Origin: a virus
Direction: 5' to 3' (one strand)
Virus record (IMG/VR): IMGVR_UViG_3300010167_000860
Coordinates: 7,964 to 71,963 of that record
Length of the DNA stretch: 64,000 nt
The notes beneath the pieces are model-generated. The model searched no databases and had not been told where the DNA came from. It was given only the letters and a program-made list of their open reading frames with translations. Below, piece after piece: positions 1 through 10,657 of this stretch. A program made the position numbers and the translations under genes. Position 1 is the stretch's first letter, and each line of letters opens with the position of its first letter.

Positions 1-945
1 TAAAGAAGCTGTATTACCTTCAGTTCAGTTAGATTGAACAGGTGTTACAATATTATTGATTGCTGTATTAACATCCACTACTCATTCTAATAATGTTGAG
101 TATGCACCAGGAATATCACCTGTAATATCTTCAACACTATGCTCATGTATAGGTATAGATCCAAAAGTATAACTTGTTGCTCCAGTTGCCTGTAAAATAT
201 GTCCTGCTGTTAATCCTGATACTGTATGATAACCTCCTATTAAAGGATGGTTTTCCATACCCACTCCTGGACCTCCTGAATCTAAATTAATAGTAGCAGG
301 TCCAGATTGGTTTAATGTAAAACTGCCTTTAGGAACACCTCCTTGATTTATAGTTATAGTTGGATTATATACAGTAGGTATAGTGTTTAAAGCAGTCTGT
401 AATCCTGTAATATCAGATATACCTAAGGTATGCGTATGATTACCTGCTGCTGCCTGATTAGCATTACTACCTATCTGTATAATACCTGCTAATGATGTGC
501 TTGCAGTAGGGATACCTGTTATAGAACTTCAGGATATTACTCCTCCATTCCCTGTACTGTGGTTATGGTTTAATAACCAATTATCTAAACTTACTCCTGA
601 AAAGGTCATATTTGCAGGAGCTATATTTATATTAGCAGATAATGACAAACCATTAACTGTTCTTGTCAAAGGAACAAAATCCCCTGATACACCCCCTGTT
701 ACCTGTACTCATTGTCCTCCTCCTGCTGTACCCTGTCTTCCATAAGTATTTCCATCATTAGGAGGTTCTTCAAAAGCCATTACTTCAGTACTAAGGGGCA
801 TCCATTTACCTTTCCTTCATTCTTTTCAGGTAAAAGGATCTGTATTAATATCTACTCATATATTTGCTTCACTTAATGAAGGGGCTACATTAGAAAAGAG
901 TATATTACCCTTTTCAGTAGATATTCTTGATAAAACATTATTCAT
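1..945 (-). CDS. Tail fibre / tail-spike-like structural protein (partial, runs off window start; TGA=Trp)
   Basis: ATG at 945; frame open to position 1 if TGA=W (7 in-frame TGA, 2 TGG). Fibre-type motifs EPPNDGNTYGRQ...W, ISWSSITGIP, HTHTLGISDITGL, VQSNWTEG. Contains track ORF 82..264. Confidence 0.75.
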
Positions 946-947
946 AT

Positions 948-3371
948 TTATTTCTTTATTGGTGATTTATTAATCTGTTTATTTTTAAGTCTCAACTCTT
1001 CAGCAGTTTTCTTTTTATCAAATTCAAACTTAGCTTTTTCAAGACTATGTTTATCATTCCACTCCCTTATTTTTTCTGATAGTTCTGCTTGTTTTTCAGG
1101 GTTATATGGAACTTCCTTAGGAACTTCATTAGCTTCATTATTCATAAGATTAGTTTCACTTTGTATCCCTGCAATCATAAGTTTTGTTTCATTATCTCTT
1201 ATATTATTTTCTTCCAATAATCTTAATTTTCCTTCTTCTAAGGCTGCCTGTTGTTCTAACTGTGCCTGTTGCATCTCCCTTTCTGCTTGTGCTGCCTCTT
1301 GTTGTTGTTGCATAGTTCTTGCTTCACTCTCCTGCATAGTCCTTGTAATTTCAGCAATAGAGTTTGTAGTTTTAATCTTTATAAGGTCTGAACCTGTCAT
1401 TAACTGATTTTGTACCATAGCCTGAGCTAATCCATCTAAACTTTGTATTAATTCCTGAGATTGTCTGCTATCCTGTATTACTAATCCATAATCACACTCA
1501 CAAAATTCATCCCCATCTATATCTATAATCTTATTAGTTCCATCTGATAATAAGTATTGAAATTTCTTTTTCTGTCCTCTTAATGCTGCTTTAGCTGTTT
1601 CTATAAAACATTCTAATACCCTTTTCTTGACATTATCATGTGTCATAAATAACCATTCAGTTATATGAGAACTTTGTAACACTGACCTTTCTACTCCCCC
1701 AACAGTTTCCCTGTTATCTATAGCCCCTTCTCTTTGTTTAGTTATACCTACCATAGAGGACATAGTCTCAGTTATCCATTCTAGGACATTAACATAATGC
1801 TGTATCTCATCTCCCTGTGTAGCATCTATAACCCCTGAGGATTGATTATTCATAAGTCCTGCTAATTTTCCCATAGCAGCACCCTTATTACCTTCTTTAA
1901 AACTGTCTGTTATAGCTATCCTGTTTATCTTGGCATAATAAAGCCATTTATCTACTTCCCATCCTGATGGTACAGTTGCCAAATCCATCTTAACTATCTT
2001 ACCCCAGTTAGTAGCCATAACCTTTAGCATATTATCCATAGTAACATCATACAGATAATTATACCATTTCATCATATCTACCATAGAGTAAGGCTTACTG
2101 TCATTAAGATTATATATACTTCCTACTATTCCAAAATGACACCTTGAAGGGTTTTCTAATCTGTTATACTGAACTACTCTAGGTCTCATATTAACATAAA
2201 CCTTGCCTATCTTAGTAGCTTCTCAGGCTTCCATTATATATAATATCTCTACCTCTTCTCCCACATCTTTGTTAGGGATATAGTCCTCTGGGTAAAAATT
2301 AAAGTCCTCTTCTCCAGTCATAGGGTCATAAGACTTGACTTTTTTAATTCTTCTGTAGGATTTTCAATAAAGTCTAAGTACCCTAATATTACCAAGATTA
2401 TCAGTGATATTAGAATAACTGTACATAGGGGGACCAAATAAACCCAGCCTACCTTCAACAACAACACCTTCACCATATTCTCCTCCTCAGGGATCTAATA
2501 AATTATAACTCTTTTCCTCATCATAATTAGCCTGATTATCTAAAGATGTAGAACCAAAAGGAAGTTCTGTTATATACTTTATATCACTTTCCTTTAATAC
2601 ATCATAAAAAGTATCCTGTATCCTCCCTGGGCTTCAATAATCCCATAGAAGTATCATATCTGCATCTTCTACCCTGTTTGAAAAACCTGACCTTATAACC
2701 TGTATTTTCTTAGGATTTATTCTTTCCATAGTAGGTTCTCCTCCTACTATATCACATTGATATATCTCCTCCCCACATATCATAGCATCCATTATCCCTG
2801 AATTAAATTTTAAAGCCATATCAAGTTCTTGATAATAATGCTTTAAAAGATAATTAGCTCTTATTTCCCTAAGATCTTTTCATTTATATTTGTAGTAATC
2901 CTCTATCTTAGCTAATTGTTTTTGCTGTTCCTCCTCTGCTCCTTCCTGTTCAGGATCTATTCCCTGAGTTATCCACTGTTCTAATTCCTGCATCATAAGT
3001 TCTTTTTTCTGCTCATTCATCTCACTTATAGCTTCAGGATTAGTTACTACAACCCTTGCATCAAATCTTCTACCTCACTCTTCTCCCTTAATAATATTTA
3101 ATTTTGAATTTATAATAGGATAATGCTGTATCTTGTCAGGATTAAAACTGGATTTAATCTGATTAGGATTAAGAACTAACTGTACATCATCCATATCAAG
3201 TATTCCATTAACCAAGTTATAATTGATTATCTTATTCTTAATGGATTTTCTTGTATATGAATTATGTATAAAATAATTCTTATCTGCTCAATCTATACAC
3301 TCCATCCTCCACTTCTTATTTTTACTCCTGTAAGAAAGTTTTTGAGGAGGCATTCTATTAAAGTCTTGCAT
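948..3371 (-). CDS. Portal protein, crAss-like (~807 aa; TGA=Trp)
   Basis: Track ORFs 948..2189 and 2634..2819 share one frame with ATG 3371; the junctions examined are TGA at Trp-like positions (MEA-W-EATKIG). crAss portal-like motifs QREGAIDNRETVGGVERSVLQSSHITEW. Confidence 0.85.
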
Positions 3372-3392
3372 ATTTACAATTTTAAATATCTA

Positions 3393-3400
3393 CAAAAATA
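3393..3400 (-). promoter_or_regulatory. Bacteroidetes sigma-A -7 box (TATTTTTG) upstream of portal
   Basis: Matches the TAnnTTTG consensus ~20 nt upstream of the portal ATG. Confidence 0.55.
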
Positions 3401-3571
3401 ATAAAAAAAATAATAATTCAGTCAAATATAAAATTTTCTGTTAGATTACATAATCAATTAAAATAATAAAATAGAAATTAAACTTTCCTAAATCCTTTAT
3501 TTTAAATTCAAGTATCAAATTTATTCTTTTACTTTTGTAATGAATTTAATTAATATTTTATGAAAAAAAGT

Positions 3572-3603
3572 AAAAAGAAAGGAGGGAAATTTGCCCCCTC
3601 CTT
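3572..3603 (-). terminator. Intrinsic terminator after terL
   Basis: GGAGGG/CCCTCC stem followed by a U-rich tract on the minus strand, just after the terL stop. Confidence 0.65.
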
Positions 3604-3620
3604 ATGAGAATTTTTTTACC

Positions 3621-5981
3621 CTAATCTGCTGTAATATAACTTTTGATTTTATATTTTTCATCATACTTTCTTAATTTCTCTAACGTATTATCATTCATAT
3701 TATTATTAAACCTGTCATCATAATTTTGAGTAAAGAATTTATCATTACCTAAATAGTTTTTATCATTAGCCCTATTTTCCTTTTCTCCTGTTCCTCCTCC
3801 ATAAAGTATTAATCTTTCTTCCCTAAGAAGCATTAAAGCTCCTAAAGCATCGTGCCTATCAGTGTTTAAATCATTACTAAATGCAGCTAATTCCTTTAAT
3901 AATGCCCTATATACTATTCTTCTCAGGTTAGGTATTGTTTCTTGTATTTCCTGTGCTTCTCCCTCCTCTGCATTTTTTGATGTAAGGATTTCCACTGGTT
4001 TAAGGAGAAAGTCTCTGATATGTCTTCTGTACATATTTTTGACAGGTTCTGTGGCTGTAAATCCATAGGAACTACTTCCCAATGTTTCTTTGTAAGCATG
4101 TTTATCTTTTAAATATTCTAAAGTTTTTGATAAATATCTAAGTGAGTTATATTTTTGCATATAACTGTAAAATCCCTTTTTATTATTTTCATAACAGCAT
4201 TGTGCATTATAATACATTAATAACCTTCTGGCTATTTCAAAAGTATCATCTGAAAAAGTATATCTTCCTGTATATTCTGCTACTATATCATCTGTTCATA
4301 AATCTAATACATATACAGATAATAAAGACATAGATTGTGCTGGTCCATCAATTATATCCACAGGGTCTAATCCTGCTATATACCTTCCCCAAGGTATTTC
4401 TCCTGAACTATCATTCTCAGGATGATTTTTAATATATACTGCCCCTTCAGCTTTATTATTATTCAAAGGAAATTCCTGAATAGCTTTTACATCTAATGAA
4501 GGTTCAAAAATTACCTTACTATCCCTTATAATAAGATTGCCCTGATACATTCTATTTAATATGTCAGGATTATTATCTATTTCAAATACCCTGTCATTTA
4601 AATCTGCTACAGGGTATATAGTTCCATCTCTTCTCATTATAGCTTCCTGAAGGGTGAATGCTATCTCTGCCCTTCTTTGGGTAAGCTCCATTGGATTATT
4701 AGAATTATACTTTATAAAATATCTTTCTTTTAATTCATACACCAAAGCTCCTATAACATCGGATACCCCATCTTTATTAAAAAAAGGTCTGTAATTTACA
4801 TATCCAGGAAAAAAGAAAACAGTGTTTTTTGCTCCTAAACTGCCTCTATCATATACATTAGGAATACCATAAACATTCTTAGTTTCAGGAGAATATATCA
4901 TATCTAAAGCCCCTTCAAATGAATTTCCAGGAGTTCCTCCGGTCCCTGTACAGAAGGCTGTACCAAATACTATAGCCCCTTCTTGAACATTAGGCATAGA
5001 AGTAGCAAACCACTCATTAAATTTAGGAAATTTACCAAATTCTTCTGCAAACAATAAATCATTCCTCCTCCCTCTTGTTTTTCCAGGGTCATCTGCTATA
5101 GATATACCATTTATAGCATTTTGAGGACCTCTTTTATTATTATCAGAATCTACTCATCCACATACCCAGGACATATTAGAAGGGGATTTTTGAGAACAGG
5201 TAGTAGGAAACTGTGTGGTCTTAGATAGATGATCTAACCCAAATTCAAACTTTCCTAATATACCATCTTCTCCTGATAAATACACCTTATCACTTGCAGT
5301 AACTAATCCTACCCTATTATTACTCCTTTCCTTATCTATACCTATTGTAAATAATTTAAGCAGCATTGAAGCTAGGGAGTAGGACTTGGATTTAATCCTA
5401 GAAGATATTTCAGCACCATGAGAACCATTTTCCCTTGCTTGCTCTATATAATGAAATCTTCAATAAACTCCTTCCCAACATTCTGGTAAATCATCTTTTC
5501 TAAACCCAACTTTTTTACCTGTTTTGGTTTCAATAGTTGTGTTTAATTTCATTAATAAGTAATTAAGATAAAAATACATATCTCCTGTTATTCACTCTCC
5601 ATCACTCTCCCTTACCATACCATTTCAACACCTATCTAACTCCTGCCTAAACCATTTCATATATTCAGATTTAGGAGAAGTATTAAGTTTTAGTTTAGTA
5701 TAACAACCATACTCTTTAAAATGTAAAGCAGCAGGTCTAAAGAAATCCATATTTTCGAGATAATGAGGCATAGTTAAATTAACAATTATTCTTCCAGTTT
5801 TGTCACGTGGAAGCTCACAAGCTCTTTTTCTCTTTAGAGAAATTAAATTTTGAATAAAAGGAACATTGTTGATATAACCTAAAAAATCTTCTCAACATTC
5901 TTTTGGCATACTATCTCTAAGTTCTTCAGTAATTTTAGTTTGAAATTTATTAGTAGGAATAATTTCATTTATATTTTTCAT
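3621..5981 (-). CDS. terL: Terminase large subunit (786 aa; TGA=Trp)
   Basis: Track ORFs 3621..4217, 4296..5054 and 5154..5366 share one frame with ATG 5981. Read-through restores crAss TerL motifs ELDRC-W-NGMVRESDGE-W-ITGDMYFYLNY and DL-W-TDDIVAEYTGR; Walker B-like LFAEEFG; RNase H-like YIAGLDP; ends in TAG. Confidence 0.92.
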
Positions 5982-6841
5982 AAAAATCCTCCTGCATGTT
6001 TATATTTGCCTTCAGCACTTCTCATTATACCTCTATTATCTATTGATGTTACTCTGCTTGCTTCTCTAATACTATTAAATTCCTGAATATAATTTCCGTT
6101 CATATCATATTGAGTTACTTTTATAGACTTATTATATTTGTTTTCTTGAATTTTTACTCTTCTATCTAAATCCTCCAATTGGTTTTCTCATAAGAATATA
6201 TATCCATTAGCAGTACTACAATTTTTAAAAAAATTGCAACATGCTAATATATTTATATTACACATATTTAATTCTCTTGATGCTTCATTGGCTGATCTGA
6301 AAATTTCTATCAATTTCCCATCAAGAGAAAATTGATACACTTTTTTCTTAGAATGAGCAATTTTTATTTTTTCTATAGATTCTGCACTTCTTTTAGAACC
6401 TCTATTTTTGTTTTTATCACTTAATAAAAATGATTTTATTTTTTCTATTGTTTCTTGAGTAGGTTTATATCCACATATTCCTTCTCCACCATCAGTCATA
6501 TTATAAGACATTTCATGTGTTTTATACCATGCAATAAGATATTTTTCAGCATATACAGCATGTTTTTTTGATATACTTTCTAAAACAATTTCTTGTTTTA
6601 TATTTTCCCACCCATATTTTTTTATGGCTCTATTAAACAATTTTTGATTTTTATAGCCCCTTCCATAATTTCATCTATTATTTATACCAATTGAAGTAAT
6701 GCCAACATACACTCTATTTGAAGGAGAGGTGTGTTTATATACTGTTCATTTATTATCTTCCTCTACCTCTTTAGGCAAAGTATCTAATAACTCTCTGGTT
6801 ATTTTTGTTTGGTAGGAATTTGTTTTTATTATTTCTTCCAC
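5969..6841 (-). CDS. GIY-YIG homing endonuclease with NUMOD-type DNA-binding repeats, N-terminally fused to a TerL-like leader (290 aa; TGA=Trp)
   Basis: From GTG 6841: ...K-W-TVYKHTSPSNRVYVGITS...NNR-W-NYGRGY...FNRAIKKYGW, then two VxQ(Y/F)xxxG...HTH repeats ending ANGYIFL-W and AGGFL-W-KI*. Joins track ORFs 6188..6640 and 5978..6178. Confidence 0.88.
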
Positions 6842-6934
6842 TCTTCTTTGTTATTTATTAAAATTACTTATTTTTGCCCTTAATTCATAATATTATGAAG
6901 AAATTTCTTTTTACATTAAAATATGAAAAAGAAA

Positions 6935-6971
6935 AATAAAAAGGGAGGTGGCAGCATTAACCACCTTCCCT
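6935..6971 (-). terminator. Intrinsic terminator
   Basis: GGGAGGTGG/CCACCTTCCC stem with an A-tract on + (U-tract on -). Confidence 0.6.
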
Positions 6972-7197
6972 GATTAGAAATAATCAGTATAGTTGTTACA
7001 CTTATTAGCATTGTTATAGGAATTGCTATCCTATTCTCTGCTAACCAACAAAAAGTAAACAACTTTCATATTTATTCTCCAATAATTATTGTAGAATAGT
7101 GTCTCTTTATTAAAAAGAGTTTAACAAGTATCATCACATACTTGATAAAGCTGTATAATCAGTTTTTCCTCAGGATATGATTCCTGAGGATTTTTCT

Positions 7198-7362
7198 TTA
7201 TTCCAAAAAAAATCCCATTACATAATCACACTTTTCACATTTATAAACATCCATAATTCTTTTCATTTTTATACCTTCTTTATTCATATTAGATTCTATA
7301 AAGCTAACAAGTTTTTTCTTAATATAGTTACATTTAGGACAAGGATAGTCTTGTATTTTCAT
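7198..7362 (-). CDS. Small zinc-ribbon protein (54 aa)
   Basis: MKIQDYPCPKCNY...YKCEKCDYVMGFFLE*; two CxxC pairs; below the track length cutoff. Confidence 0.6.
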   Translation of the reverse strand: MKIQDYPCPKCNYIKKKLVSFIESNMNKEGIKMKRIMDVYKCEKCDYVMGFFLE

Positions 7363-7480
7363 AACTCTTTGTTATTATTTCCTGTTAGGAATTTTGTGAG
7401 ATATATTTTATAGTACTATATGTAATGCTTGTTTACAGGAGTACTTTTTATTCCACAAAACTCCATAACAAGAAAATTAT

Positions 7481-7789
7481 TTAACATCCCTCATTACCTT
7501 CTTTATACATATCTTTAACCAAGTCATAGTTCTTTCATTTCTTATATTCACCTGATATTAGTATATCAAATAAATATTCAAATATATCAGCTTCAAGATC
7601 ATCAAATCCAGTATTTTTAAATTCCTTCAATAACTTCCTTGAGGTATCAGGATAATTAACCTGATATAATCTGAATATAAAAACATTCTTATTTGTAAAG
7701 CCTTGTCTTTCTACTCCCTTCTCAACAACTAAAGTACATAGTCCTGAGATTTTTTTGTTTATTAGGTCTAATGATTTATATATATTCAT
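7481..7789 (-). CDS. Hypothetical protein (extended through TGA 7535)
   Basis: Track ORF 7535..7789 stops at TGA; read-through adds WKNYDLVKDMYKEGNEGC to TAA 7481. Confidence 0.55.
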
Positions 7790-7945
7790 AGTTTAATATT
7801 CAAGTATTATATCTGCTAATTTTATCTTAATTCAATTAAAACACAATTCAAAAAAATTATCATCTTTTTTCATTGATTTTTCTTTTCTATCTTTTTTTCT
7901 TCTTTCTGAGTTTATCTCTAAATTATCATTTTCTTTCATAATATC

Positions 7946-8167
7946 TTATAATGTATTTATTAACTCTTGTTTTGTTCTAAATAGATTTTCTTCACGAAAA
8001 CCAGCAATAGTAAGACCATATATATGAAAACAAACTTCTGATTTTACATTTAAAAAATATAAAACTTTATCATCACTATCTAAAAAAATACCTGTAATAA
8101 TATCTTTTTTAATCCCATCTTCAGTTATACGAAATACCTCATCATATAAATTATACTTGTTTTTCAT
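7946..8167 (-). CDS. Hypothetical protein
   Basis: ORF track; resembles the short phage family pattern of 27404..27628 (F-x-I-x-E/D-E-V-F...LF-x-T-x-E-E). Confidence 0.55.
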   Translation of the reverse strand: MKNKYNLYDEVFRITEDGIKKDIITGIFLDSDDKVLYFLNVKSEVCFHIYGLTIAGFREENLFRTKQELINTL

Positions 8168-8180
8168 ACCTTATAATATT

Positions 8181-8711
8181 TTATACATTTGACAAGCCAA
8201 GATCACCTATTGTAAGTTGTGTTTTTCCCCTTACCTTAGCACTCTGTTCCTCTATATCTTTAAATATCTCCTTTTCAGCTATAGACAGTTCTACTGCTAA
8301 CTTATTACTATCTGATATAGCCTTAGTAAATTTAGCCATATTATCATCATCTAATACAAGTTCATCTAAAAAGGTATTAAGTTTATCCATCCTTCTCCTA
8401 TTCCCATCTATAAGTTTTGAAGAAGATGTTATTACCATTTTCTGATAAATATCTACACACTGTTTATATTCAGGAAAATCAAGAAATTCATTTATATCTT
8501 CTATTCCTAAAGCCTCACTTACTGTTTCTATTTTCTCATCCCAGTCAGTTATATAATTATAATCAGAGCCAGGATGAAACATAAAATACAAATAACCAAA
8601 GATAGTCATAGCCTCATCAGCATTTCTTTCATACATATCCCTGAAACATTTTATATGAAATGCTTCATCAGATATTACTAATTCATTATTTTTAAATTCT
8701 ATTAGTTTCAT
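8181..8711 (-). CDS. Conserved crAss-like hypothetical protein of the terminase neighbourhood
   Basis: 176 aa; GYLYFMFHPGSDYNYI motif recalled from crAss genes near terL; no in-frame TGA. Confidence 0.6.
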   Translation of the reverse strand: MKLIEFKNNELVISDEAFHIKCFRDMYERNADEAMTIFGYLYFMFHPGSDYNYITDWDEKIETVSEALGIEDINEFLDFPEYKQCVDIYQKMVITSSSKLIDGNRRRMDKLNTFLDELVLDDDNMAKFTKAISDSNKLAVELSIAEKEIFKDIEEQSAKVRGKTQLTIGDLGLSNV

Positions 8712-8898
8712 CTTCAGTAGTGTAATAAGGATTATCTGTCATATATAATATTACTTTATGTTTACTATTTTCTCCAACATAACATTTAGGTAGTATCTTG
8801 TAACACATCTTATTCTTTACATCATTTTCAAACTTTACAAATACCTTTGCTTCATTAGAAAACTGTTCCAAATATTTTTTAAATTCTATTAGTTTCAT
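8692..8898 (-). CDS. Hypothetical protein flanked by 21-bp direct repeats
   Basis: ORF track; repeats at 8691-8711 and 8878-8898. Confidence 0.55.
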   Translation of the reverse strand: MKLIEFKKYLEQFSNEAKVFVKFENDVKNKMCYKILPKCYVGENSKHKVILYMTDNPYYTTEDETNRI

Positions 8899-9124
8899 TC
8901 CCTGTATCTATTATTAAATAATCCCTCTTATCTTTGTAAAGTTTATTATCAAGATATATACCTCTAACATCTATTTCTTTGAATCTTTGATCTGGAACTT
9001 TATTTCCTTCTTCAGTAATTGTATGTCCATAACTTTTTTCTATGATATTTATATTAGGACATTCAGAGGCTTTTAAATGTTTAACTACTGTTTCTAATAT
9101 CTGAATTAAAATTATTCTATCCAT
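8879..9124 (-). CDS. Hypothetical protein
   Basis: ORF track; overlaps and is translationally coupled to the next gene. Confidence 0.5.
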   Translation of the reverse strand: MDRIILIQILETVVKHLKASECPNINIIEKSYGHTITEEGNKVPDQRFKEIDVRGIYLDNKLYKDKRDYLIIDTGNETNRI

Positions 9125-9155
9125 TCTATATATCTTATTTTTTATAAATCTAAAT

Positions 9156-9500
9156 CTATTTTTTGTTTTCTAACCTTTCATTCCACTTATAAAATTGTAA
9201 TACTCTACTATCCATCACCCCTTCCTCTATAAGTGTTATAGCCTCACTTTCTGTTATAGGGAATATCCTAAAGTGCAGAAATACAAAGTAGAGGTATGCT
9301 AAACTTACAGCTAAAGGAACAAACATTAAGTAAAATATAAGATTTATATCCTGATAGGAATAACCACACATTAAGGCTGATAATACTAATGAAGGAAATC
9401 CCCACAAAGTACACTTATTATAGTTAAGTTGATGTTTCCCTAATTTAAGCGCTGAAGCAATACAAAATTGCTTTATTATAAATAATCTAAATTTTGTCAT
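9156..9500 (-). CDS. Small membrane protein (two hydrophobic segments)
   Basis: LWGFPSLVLSALMCG and LIFYLMFVPLAVSLAYLYFVFL segments. Confidence 0.55.
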   Translation of the reverse strand: MTKFRLFIIKQFCIASALKLGKHQLNYNKCTLWGFPSLVLSALMCGYSYQDINLIFYLMFVPLAVSLAYLYFVFLHFRIFPITESEAITLIEEGVMDSRVLQFYKWNERLENKK

Positions 9501-9511
9501 ATTAATCTTTT

Positions 9512-9546
9512 AAAAACCCCCTGGCTATCCATCAACCAGGGGTAAA
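9512..9546 (-). terminator. Intrinsic terminator
   Basis: CCCCCTGG/CCAGGGGG 8-bp stem with an adjacent A-tract on +. Confidence 0.65.
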
Positions 9547-9574
9547 GTGTACAACGTGTTAATTTTAATGTTAA

Positions 9575-10009
9575 CTAGTTCAAAAGATGGATTTTTGAAT
9601 TTTTCTTTTTCTTATATGCCTTACCTGAAGATACCTCTTGTTGTTCTTCCATTTCAAGAATAATAAACACAATATCATTACATCTAAGGTTAAGACATTC
9701 CTTATTATCTATATCAATAGTAGGGATACTAAATGCTAATTGCTGACTATACTGCTCATCAAATCCCTGTATAGCATCTTTCCTTTGTACAGGTCTGGCG
9801 TAATTATAAAAATTTACCATAACTGTATCTCCTACATTAATTCCTCTTTGTTCTGCCCCTGATGAGGTAAACAAAACTTCCTGGTATTCCTTAAAATTAC
9901 CAGACTTTGTTGGATCTAATAATCCCCCTGTAGTATAAACTTCATCATACCTGTTTCCTGTGGTTATTATCCCATCCATTAATGGTTTTACTTTCTTTAA
10001 TACTAACAT
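9575..10009 (-). CDS. GroES-like co-chaperonin (crAss type)
   Basis: KKVKPLMDGIIT...GINVGDTVMVNF...DIVFI resembles the GroES KPLxDRV / VKVGDxV pattern. Confidence 0.6.
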   Translation of the reverse strand: MLVLKKVKPLMDGIITTGNRYDEVYTTGGLLDPTKSGNFKEYQEVLFTSSGAEQRGINVGDTVMVNFYNYARPVQRKDAIQGFDEQYSQQLAFSIPTIDIDNKECLNLRCNDIVFIILEMEEQQEVSSGKAYKKKKNSKIHLLN

Positions 10010-10068
10010 CCTTTTTTTCCTCCTTTTTTACCACCCTTTTTTACTGGGCTATTTTTTTGTCCTTTCAT
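10003..10068 (-). CDS. 21-aa Lys/Gly-rich basic peptide MKGQKNSPVKKGGKKGGKKGC
   Basis: ATG 10068 after an A-rich leader; TAG overlaps the start of the GroES-like gene. Confidence 0.5.
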   Translation of the reverse strand: MKGQKNSPVKKGGKKGGKKGC

Positions 10069-10089
10069 AATTTTGTTCTTTTAATTGTT

Positions 10090-10383
10090 TTAATCCTTTA
10101 ATATTTCAATTCCATACTCCTTACATACTTGATGTTCTACCCTACATCCTCTTGCATCCTGCCATCCTTCCATAAAATATACACAATCTGCATCTGATAT
10201 ACATTCTATTGATTTTGCAAGATATTTTACTGGCACATTTCCTTTACTTATAAAATCAGGAAATATAGTACTTATAATCTCATAACCATCCTTTAATAAT
10301 CTTTTTATAACAGGTTCTCTCTCTTCCCTAATTTCCCCTTCTGTCTTACCATTCATAGGCTGACAAATAACTACTTGCATCAT
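10090..10383 (-). CDS. DUF4406-like / nucleoside-deoxyribosyltransferase-fold protein
   Basis: ICQPMNG...ADCVYFMEGWQDARGCRVEH pattern. Confidence 0.6.
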   Translation of the reverse strand: MMQVVICQPMNGKTEGEIREEREPVIKRLLKDGYEIISTIFPDFISKGNVPVKYLAKSIECISDADCVYFMEGWQDARGCRVEHQVCKEYGIEILKD

Positions 10384-10384
10384 A

Positions 10385-10657
10385 CTACTTATACTTTATA
10401 ATATTTAACTCTCTCTTTTTCCTTAATTTCTTTAAATCTATAAAAAATCTACAAAACTTAGGAATAAAAAAATTAGTCCCAAGTTCTGCAATATTTTCTA
10501 CAGGTAATCCTTTTAATTCAGGTAATCCCTTAACTGTAACCTTCATAAATGAAAATACACTATCATATACCTTTTTTATTACCTCAGGGCTTCTATGATG
10601 CTTATTTCCCAAAGTAACAAACAAATCATTCAAAGATTTATAATTAGTCAGTTTCAT
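10385..10657 (-). CDS. HU/IHF-like DNA-binding protein (crAss type)
   Basis: Basic 90 aa; VIKKVYDSVFSFMK...TNFFIPKF resembles crAss IHF-like proteins. Confidence 0.5.
   Translation of the reverse strand: MKLTNYKSLNDLFVTLGNKHHRSPEVIKKVYDSVFSFMKVTVKGLPELKGLPVENIAELGTNFFIPKFCRFFIDLKKLRKKRELNIIKYK

Noticed and set aside
497-745. Plus-strand ORF (also 3862..4068, 4142..4333, 7177..7413, 11606..11815, 12009..12212)
   Set aside because: Antisense shadows of real minus-strand genes; low-complexity Ser/Phe/Leu translations without motifs.
1-945. Diversity-generating retroelement targeting the tail fibre
   Set aside because: No reverse transcriptase and no template/variable repeat pair seen in the window.
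3621-3623. TAG->Gln (code 15) recoding as in other crAss groups
   Set aside because: TAG ends TerL and other minus-strand genes at sensible positions; no in-frame TAG was needed to join any gene.
948-5981. Fragmented portal and terL as pseudogenes or intron-split genes
   Set aside because: Fragments share one frame and the breaks examined are TGA at Trp-type positions; no frameshifts or intervening intron sequence.
7201-7212. A8 run as a frameshift or phase-variation site
   Set aside because: The frame as given closes cleanly as a 54-aa two-CxxC protein; no need to invoke slippage.
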